From a bacterium (lineage in GTDB: Bacteria > Patescibacteriota > Minisyncoccia > Phycocordibacterales > Zambryskibacteraceae), in the NCBI GenBank assembly GCA_030649135.1, contig JAUSGI010000006.1, positions 1 through 64,000 on the forward strand: DNA of 64,000 bases, written 5' to 3'. Below the pieces are notes generated by a model. That model did no database searches and had not been told where the DNA came from. It saw nothing but the letters and a program-made list of their open reading frames with translations. Shown piece after piece: positions 58,450-64,000 of this stretch. Each line of letters starts with the position of its first letter. Positions within the stretch are counted from its first letter, which is position 1. The position numbers and the translations under genes were made by a program.

Positions 58450-59214
58450 ATGGCAAAACTTGATACGGGACCCTACAAAGGCGTCAGGGATTTTTATCCC
58501 GAAGATATGGCTATCGAGAACCATATCTTCAAAACTTGGCGAGAAGTCGTCGAGAAAGCAGGATACCAAGAATATAGCGCTTCTATCCTTGAACCTACCG
58601 AAATTTATACCGAGAAATCGGGCGTAGAGATAATCAATGAACAGACCTTCACTTTCACGGATAGAGGCGACCGGTCAGTTACTTTACGTCCAGAGATGAC
58701 CCCTACTCTTGCACGCATGATTGCCGCGCGTCGTAGAAATTTGAAATTTCCCCTACGTTGGTACTCGATTCCCAACCTCTTTCGTTACGAACGTCCCCAG
58801 CGCGGCAGAAAGCGCGAACATTGGCAATTAAATTGCGACCTCTTGGGTATCACCGGCATTGAGGCAGATATAGAAATTATCTCCCTTGCTTATAAAATTA
58901 TGAAAGAATTTGGAGCCAAGGATGAAAATTTTGAAATCAGAATCAATAATTCCAATACAGACGACTTGAAAGAAATCGGGCCAAACATAGTCTACGACCC
59001 TACTTTGGCCAGAGGACAAACTTACTACACAGGAATAGTCTTTGAAATCTTTGATACTAACAAAGAAAACGGGCGTTCTATAGCCGGTGGCGGTCGATAT
59101 GACAACCTCCTGGAAATATTTGAGGTAGATCCTATACCGGCAGTTGGTTTCGGTATGGGCGATATAACCATTAACGACTTCCTCGAGACACATAAGTTAG
59201 GTCCTTATGCGTAA
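58450..59214 (+). CDS. hisS: Histidyl-tRNA synthetase catalytic core only (no anticodon-binding domain)
   Basis: Class II motif 2 FRYERPQRGRKREHWQ and motif 3 GGGRYDNL; ORF ends right after the ...AVGFGMG... block. Confidence 0.6.
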   Translation: MAKLDTGPYKGVRDFYPEDMAIENHIFKTWREVVEKAGYQEYSASILEPTEIYTEKSGVEIINEQTFTFTDRGDRSVTLRPEMTPTLARMIAARRRNLKFPLRWYSIPNLFRYERPQRGRKREHWQLNCDLLGITGIEADIEIISLAYKIMKEFGAKDENFEIRINNSNTDDLKEIGPNIVYDPTLARGQTYYTGIVFEIFDTNKENGRSIAGGGRYDNLLEIFEVDPIPAVGFGMGDITINDFLETHKLGPYA

Positions 59215-59782
59215 AATAGTTTTTGATATAGAAACAAAAAACTTCTTCCAGGAGGTCGGTAAAAATGACCCATCCCTCTTGGACCTCTCCTTGGTTGCTA
59301 TCTATGATTCCCTGACTGACTCGTATTCTTCGTACTTGGAAGAAGAGCTGGGAAAACTCTGGCCGATACTCGAGCGGGCCGACATGCTCATTGGTTTTAA
59401 TTCAGACCATTTCGACATTCCCCTACTTAATAAATACTACCCGGGAGATTTGACAAAAATAAAGAGTCTAGATATTTTAAAAGAAATCAAAGACTCTTAC
59501 GGACGCCGGATGCGCCTCGACCAGTTGGCGGAAGGAACACTTGGTAAAAATAAATCAGGCCACGGCGCAGATGCTACGGACTGGTGGAAGGCAGGCGATG
59601 TGGAAAGAGTCCGCGCCTATTGCCTAGATGACGTCAAACTCACTAAGGGACTCTACGACTACGCTCTTGCCAACAACAAACTTATATTCAAAGAAGGAGG
59701 TGCCCTCAATGAAATTAAACTGGACACTTCCGGATGGGAAAAAGCCAACGACCACAAACTCACTTTCTCTCTGCCATTTTGA
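59207..59782 (+). CDS. DEDDh-family 3'-5' exonuclease (DnaQ-like)
   Basis: Exo I FDIET, Exo II GFNSDHFDIP, Exo III HGADATD; 8-nt overlap with the hisS-like ORF. Confidence 0.6.
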   Translation: MRKIVFDIETKNFFQEVGKNDPSLLDLSLVAIYDSLTDSYSSYLEEELGKLWPILERADMLIGFNSDHFDIPLLNKYYPGDLTKIKSLDILKEIKDSYGRRMRLDQLAEGTLGKNKSGHGADATDWWKAGDVERVRAYCLDDVKLTKGLYDYALANNKLIFKEGGALNEIKLDTSGWEKANDHKLTFSLPF

Positions 59783-59811
59783 ATGCTATAATATTTACTT
59801 AATAAAAAACG

Positions 59812-60498
59812 ATGGAATCAACACCACAAAATAAATACCTTATCCCTTTAGCTATCATAGCCGCGGGCGGTTTGGTCGCAGTCGCCATTTACTTCGGCGG
59901 TTCGACAAGCTCACCGCAAGCGGTCGTAAATAATACAGGCCCAGAAATTGACCTCCCTCCTGTCACAGAGAAGGACCACATCATCGGCAGCAGGAACGCC
60001 GACTTGGTGATAGTCGAGTATTCAGATACCGAATGTCCTTTTTGTAAAACCTTCCACAACACTATGAAAGAGGTGGTACAAACTTACGAGGGAAAAGTGG
60101 CCTGGGTTTACAGACATTTCCCAATCGTCCAATTACATTCCAAGGCGCCTAAAGAGGCGGAAGCCACAGAGTGCGCAGCAGAACTCGGAGGTAATCAGAT
60201 TTTTTGGGACTACATCGATAAACTTTTGGAAACTACCAAATCCAACGACTCACTTAACCCAAGCGAGTTGCCGAAAATAGCAACATCTGTAGGGCTTGAT
60301 GCGACTGCATTCACTACATGTCTCTCAAGCGGTAAATATACCGAATTGGTACAAAAGAGTGTGGAAGAAGCAATTAAGGCCGGCGCCCTGGGGACACCTT
60401 ACTCCATTATCGTCACCAAAGATGGTCAAAAAATAGTGATAAACGGAGCCGAACCGCTTAGAGACGTTAAGCTGAAAATTGACGCCCTGCTTAAGTAA
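59812..60498 (+). CDS. DsbA-like thioredoxin-fold thiol:disulfide oxidoreductase, membrane-anchored
   Basis: TM anchor, CPFC active site (…VEYSDTECPFCKTFH…). Confidence 0.7.
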   Translation: MESTPQNKYLIPLAIIAAGGLVAVAIYFGGSTSSPQAVVNNTGPEIDLPPVTEKDHIIGSRNADLVIVEYSDTECPFCKTFHNTMKEVVQTYEGKVAWVYRHFPIVQLHSKAPKEAEATECAAELGGNQIFWDYIDKLLETTKSNDSLNPSELPKIATSVGLDATAFTTCLSSGKYTELVQKSVEEAIKAGALGTPYSIIVTKDGQKIVINGAEPLRDVKLKIDALLK

Positions 60499-60501
60499 CT
60501 T

Positions 60502-62043
60502 CTAAACTCTTTCTTCAAGATACTTGAGGATAGCATACATCGCATAAGTATCTAAGCCGCAGTATTCTCGAAGATCATCCATTATTTTCTCTTTCTTATC
60601 CGAGTCTTTCCCGCGTAAAACAGTTTGCATCCAGACACGTTGTGCTTGCCCGCCTTCGGAAATATTGAGCTTTTTATAACTGAATTCCGGGAGAAGCGCC
60701 GGCAAGACCGACTTTATTGAAGCCTTGCCGAAGAAGTCTTTATCTACAAACCACCCTTTGGAAAATGGAATCATCAGGTCAACCATCCTTTCATTGACTC
60801 CCGCCAGAAACTTTTCATATTTGGGATGCATTTTCCCCATCTCTGTGTTTCTAGCTTTTTCAAAAGTCATGTACCAGGAAATGACAGAGCCTTTGGCATC
60901 CCGCCTGCTAGCGCCTGAGCTTAGCGATGGCGGGCAGGCAAAATCATTTTGGAGGTGTTCCAGGAGGGCCGGCACCGGGTCGGAATTATCCGTGTGCAAA
61001 TACTCCTTCTGTCTCAGTTCCCCACCCGGTTTATCCAGAATATGCAGAGAATATTGGAAAGGCACTTGCTGATATGGCCGATAACCATCAAAGGCCGGTA
61101 TCACGCTTGCAAGAGTCTCATAATCCAAAAAATATAATGGGTACTCTAAATCGTTGAGAAAGGCTTTAATCTCTTCCTTGTTTATATGTTGTGTCCCGGA
61201 CTTCATGGCTTCGACTTGCCGCAATTGTTTTTCCGTAAGAGGCCCATCAAGCGGAATGTCATCGAGAAGTTCTATGCCATTGTCTTCGAGCCACGCAATA
61301 GTCTTTACATCGGGACCGGCGAGTTTATAGATGCTGTACTTAGGAAACTCTCCTTTTATAGCTTGTACAATACTAAGCCACTCTTCTATCACGCCTGCAT
61401 TCTGTTTGAGATGGCGCGGGGAGAGGTCAGGCATCTTCTTTTCTTTCAATATCTCAAATGCTTTTTGGATATTCTCTTTTGTTTCCTCAATTATTTCTCG
61501 TACTTCCTCGGTCACATCTGTTTTTTCAGAAATCAGAGCGGGATCAATCTCGCCCTGTCTTACATATTTATTATTGACATGCAGGACAAACATCTTGCGC
61601 ACAGAAAGTCCCGCGCTCTCTAAAACGATAGTCTGGAACGCAAGGTCTGGGATATGTTCAGGTTTGACGCTGGTGGAAGATTTTATTTCGTAAAGGTCAT
61701 AAGTTTTATCACCTGTTTTTTCCAAGACATCGAAAATAGAAGTAATATTATCGGCCTCTACCCTACCTTGTAGTATTACTTCCGTTCCCTTCTCAATTTC
61801 CTTAGCTGTAAGCTCCGGCAGAGCATAATACTTAGTGCCGCTGAATTCATTATCATTCTTGTAACCAAGCTTAGCCGCTTTAGGGAAAAGTTTTTCGGCA
61901 TACTGTTCGAATAGAGACCCTTCGTCGAAAAGTGCCTGTAGACCCTCGTCCGGCACCGGCAACTTTTCTTTATCGAATTTCTTAAGCCACAACCACGCCG
62001 GGTGCTTCAGAAACATCATGAATTCTGATTTGGAGATAACCAT
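60502..62043 (-). CDS. DUF2779-like predicted nuclease
   Basis: PD-(D/E)xK-like N-terminal region and central ...YPLYFLDYETL... block characteristic of DUF2779. Confidence 0.5.
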   Translation of the reverse strand: MVISKSEFMMFLKHPAWLWLKKFDKEKLPVPDEGLQALFDEGSLFEQYAEKLFPKAAKLGYKNDNEFSGTKYYALPELTAKEIEKGTEVILQGRVEADNITSIFDVLEKTGDKTYDLYEIKSSTSVKPEHIPDLAFQTIVLESAGLSVRKMFVLHVNNKYVRQGEIDPALISEKTDVTEEVREIIEETKENIQKAFEILKEKKMPDLSPRHLKQNAGVIEEWLSIVQAIKGEFPKYSIYKLAGPDVKTIAWLEDNGIELLDDIPLDGPLTEKQLRQVEAMKSGTQHINKEEIKAFLNDLEYPLYFLDYETLASVIPAFDGYRPYQQVPFQYSLHILDKPGGELRQKEYLHTDNSDPVPALLEHLQNDFACPPSLSSGASRRDAKGSVISWYMTFEKARNTEMGKMHPKYEKFLAGVNERMVDLMIPFSKGWFVDKDFFGKASIKSVLPALLPEFSYKKLNISEGGQAQRVWMQTVLRGKDSDKKEKIMDDLREYCGLDTYAMYAILKYLEERV

Positions 62044-62044
62044 T

Positions 62045-63253
62045 CTAATACCCCCTTAGCCTGTTTATTTTTTCGTGCTGGCGGATTTTTTCGTGGGCTT
62101 TGGCTTCTATTTGGCGAATACGTTCACGAGTGACGCCGAAAACTTTTCCCACTTCTTCGAGCGTGTGAGTATAACCGTCGACCAGCCCATGACGCATCTC
62201 CAAAATTTTCCTTTCCTTAGGAGGTAAGTCACCCAAGATTTCTTTCACCTGGTCAGAAACAATACGCCGTGAGGAGTCCTGGTCCGGGGACAGAATCTTG
62301 TCATCGGCCAAGAAATCCCCAAGCTTGCTCTTATCGTCTTCGCCGTCATTGCCCACCGGACTCTCAAGTGATACCGTGGACTGGTCAATTTTTTCGATCT
62401 GATAAATTTTCTCAACATCCAAATTCATCTCCAGAGCAATTTCTTCCTGTAGCGGGTCTCGGCCGAGGTCCTGCGTCAGGCGCCTAACTACTTGTTTATA
62501 TTTGGCGATAGTCTCCACCATGTGCACCGGTACGCGGATAGTGCGAGACTGGTCTGCCAGAGCACGAGTGATGGCCTGTCTAATCCACCATGTCGCATAG
62601 GTTGAAAATTTAAATCCTTTGGTCCAGTCAAACTTCTCTACCGCCTTATGCAACCCCAAATTTCCTTCCTGAATAAGGTCAAGCAGAGTAAGATCGGGAC
62701 TACGATTGGCGTATTTTTTGGCAATTGAGACCACCAGACGGAGATTGGCTTTCATTAAGAGGTTCTTGGCGTCCTCGTCTCCGCCTTCGATTCTTTTGGC
62801 CAGCTCTTTTTCCATCGCACCGGCAATGAGAGGATACTGGCCGATTTCCCTAAGATACATTTGAATGGAATCGTAGGATGAGTCACCTCTTGAGTAGGCG
62901 TAGTGCTTACCGGTTTCTGCTTCCGGCATTTCCAACAACCCTCCCCCTTCAAGAATATCGACACCCATGACATGCAACTTTTCATACAACTCATCCAGAA
63001 ACACAATATTGGTCTCAATATTCGGAAACTCTTTCAAAATTTCATCGTAGGTGACAAAACCACGGTCTTTGCCGCGCGAGATAAGACGTCCCATCTTGGA
63101 GGCCTCCTCCATGTTCTTTTTAGATATGGGCCTGGCTTTCGCTTTGCGCTTCTTTTTCGTCTTATGAGTCTTGGAGGCAACAGACCTTTTGTTGGGCTGT
63201 TTTTTACTCACCTTTTTGGATTTCTTAATTTTATGTTTTTTATTTTTTTTCAT
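62045..63253 (-). CDS. rpoD: RNA polymerase sigma factor RpoD (sigma-70)
   Basis: Region 2 ...DLIQEGNLGLHKAVEKFD...FSTYATWWIRQAI..., region 4 ...TLEEVGKVFGVTRERIRQIEAKA... Confidence 0.9.
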   Translation of the reverse strand: MKKNKKHKIKKSKKVSKKQPNKRSVASKTHKTKKKRKAKARPISKKNMEEASKMGRLISRGKDRGFVTYDEILKEFPNIETNIVFLDELYEKLHVMGVDILEGGGLLEMPEAETGKHYAYSRGDSSYDSIQMYLREIGQYPLIAGAMEKELAKRIEGGDEDAKNLLMKANLRLVVSIAKKYANRSPDLTLLDLIQEGNLGLHKAVEKFDWTKGFKFSTYATWWIRQAITRALADQSRTIRVPVHMVETIAKYKQVVRRLTQDLGRDPLQEEIALEMNLDVEKIYQIEKIDQSTVSLESPVGNDGEDDKSKLGDFLADDKILSPDQDSSRRIVSDQVKEILGDLPPKERKILEMRHGLVDGYTHTLEEVGKVFGVTRERIRQIEAKAHEKIRQHEKINRLRGY

Positions 63254-63314
63254 GGTTCGACTTTACTCACCATGACCCTGAGCTGTGTCGAAGGGTCATC
63301 AAATATGCCTTATC

Positions 63315-64000
63315 TTACAACATTTTCTTCTTTTCCTCGAGAGCCCTCATTTGACCGTGAACTTTTTGAATCCTCACGGTTAAGCTCGCAATCAATTTGC
63401 CGTCTTTGGACACCTCTGCCTGCGTAAGCTCGGAGAGCAGATGACTTAGATTATCGCGCAACACAATACCAGAGAGATTGTCCGAGAGTTCCGCCTCTTC
63501 TTTCTTAAGTACGACAAGCTCTGGAGCAGACTCCGGTAACTCTTTCTGCCAAAGTCTCATTTCAGCCAGGCGCTCTTCGATTTGCTCTCGATACGATGGC
63601 GGAAGTATTTTCTCGGCCTCGTCACCGAGAGCCAGCTTGGAGTCGGGCATCGGAGCGACATCAGCCCGTTTGGCTTTCTTCAAATCTTCCCAGAGTATTT
63701 CTTCCTTAATGCCTGTGCGCTTGGCAAGCATAGAAATAAAATAAGACTGTTCAATGGCACTTCCGATAATTTTTACCAGAGGCAAAATTCTTTTTTCGAC
63801 CAATTTGCCGAGCTTTCTCGGGTTCTTTTCTTTCTCTTCAACTTTGTTGAAGAAGAACTCCACTGCCGGCAAAGATTGCCTAAGAATATCTCTCCATACA
63901 AGAGGGTCCTCTTGTGCTATTTCCGCCGGGTCACGGCCCGATGGCACATTTGCCACTTTTACTTCAAGACCCAAGGCTATTCCAAGTATGCTTGCCTTCT
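63315..64000 (-). CDS. dnaG: DNA primase DnaG, C-terminal portion (gene continues beyond the window end)
   Basis: Frame open to position 64000; located directly upstream of rpoD as in the conserved dnaG-rpoD operon; Toprim-distal helical region. Confidence 0.55.
   Translation of the reverse strand, partial: KASILGIALGLEVKVANVPSGRDPAEIAQEDPLVWRDILRQSLPAVEFFFNKVEEKEKNPRKLGKLVEKRILPLVKIIGSAIEQSYFISMLAKRTGIKEEILWEDLKKAKRADVAPMPDSKLALGDEAEKILPPSYREQIEERLAEMRLWQKELPESAPELVVLKKEEAELSDNLSGIVLRDNLSHLLSELTQAEVSKDGKLIASLTVRIQKVHGQMRALEEKKKML

Noticed and set aside
1-64000. CRISPR arrays / cas genes
   Set aside because: No array of regularly spaced direct repeats and no Cas-like protein was seen. The only notable repeats are the two structured ~130-nt elements and short promoter-associated 15-mers.

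Overview
This looks like a small, AT-rich (about 40-45% GC) bacterial genome of reduced, Patescibacteria/CPR-like character. Core genes are compact and often shortened: leuS with an abridged editing domain, a short uvrA and uvrC, and a def-fmt fusion. Housekeeping genes read from the sequence are mltG, leuS, ychF, tag, speH (AdoMetDC), uppS, ddl, uvrC-uvrA-uvrB, tgt, mreB, def-fmt, hpf, typA, rpoD and a dnaG fragment, plus tRNA-Cys (minus strand) and tRNA-Asn (plus strand).

Three things stand out.

(1) An integrative island of about 16-18 kb starts directly at the 3' end of tRNA-Asn (31643-31714). It carries a large serine recombinase, a zinc-finger/Toprim primase fused to a P-loop helicase, a roughly 1.1 kb non-coding region full of hairpins (including two nested helices read in detail) that ends in an intrinsic terminator (candidate large ncRNA), and a block of secreted and membrane proteins with an SppA-like peptidase. 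It also holds two copies of a roughly 130 nt structured element that shows compensatory base changes, an AlbA_2/Schlafen-like protein, and a complete Type III restriction-modification system (mod-res).

(2) Several GC-rich (55-65% GC) minigene cassettes are spliced between AT-rich core genes. Each has its own strong Shine-Dalgarno sequence, several also a sigma70-like promoter and a GC-rich terminator. The one just downstream of tRNA-Cys encodes a TlpA/ResA-like periplasmic thiol:disulfide oxidoreductase whose CxxC active site reads W-UGA-R-S-C. A stem-loop begins 2 nt after the in-frame UGA (upper stem 11 nt downstream), so this is a candidate UxxC selenoprotein, or otherwise a nonsense pseudogene. 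A membrane fatty-acid desaturase, a PurH-type MGS domain and small Cys-rich ORFs sit in similar blocks.

(3) Domain-level oddities: a fused Def-Fmt polypeptide, a HisRS catalytic core with no anticodon-binding domain followed by a DEDD exonuclease, and a DUF2779 nuclease next to rpoD.

No CRISPR array was seen. All calls are from reading the sequence; none was checked against a database.
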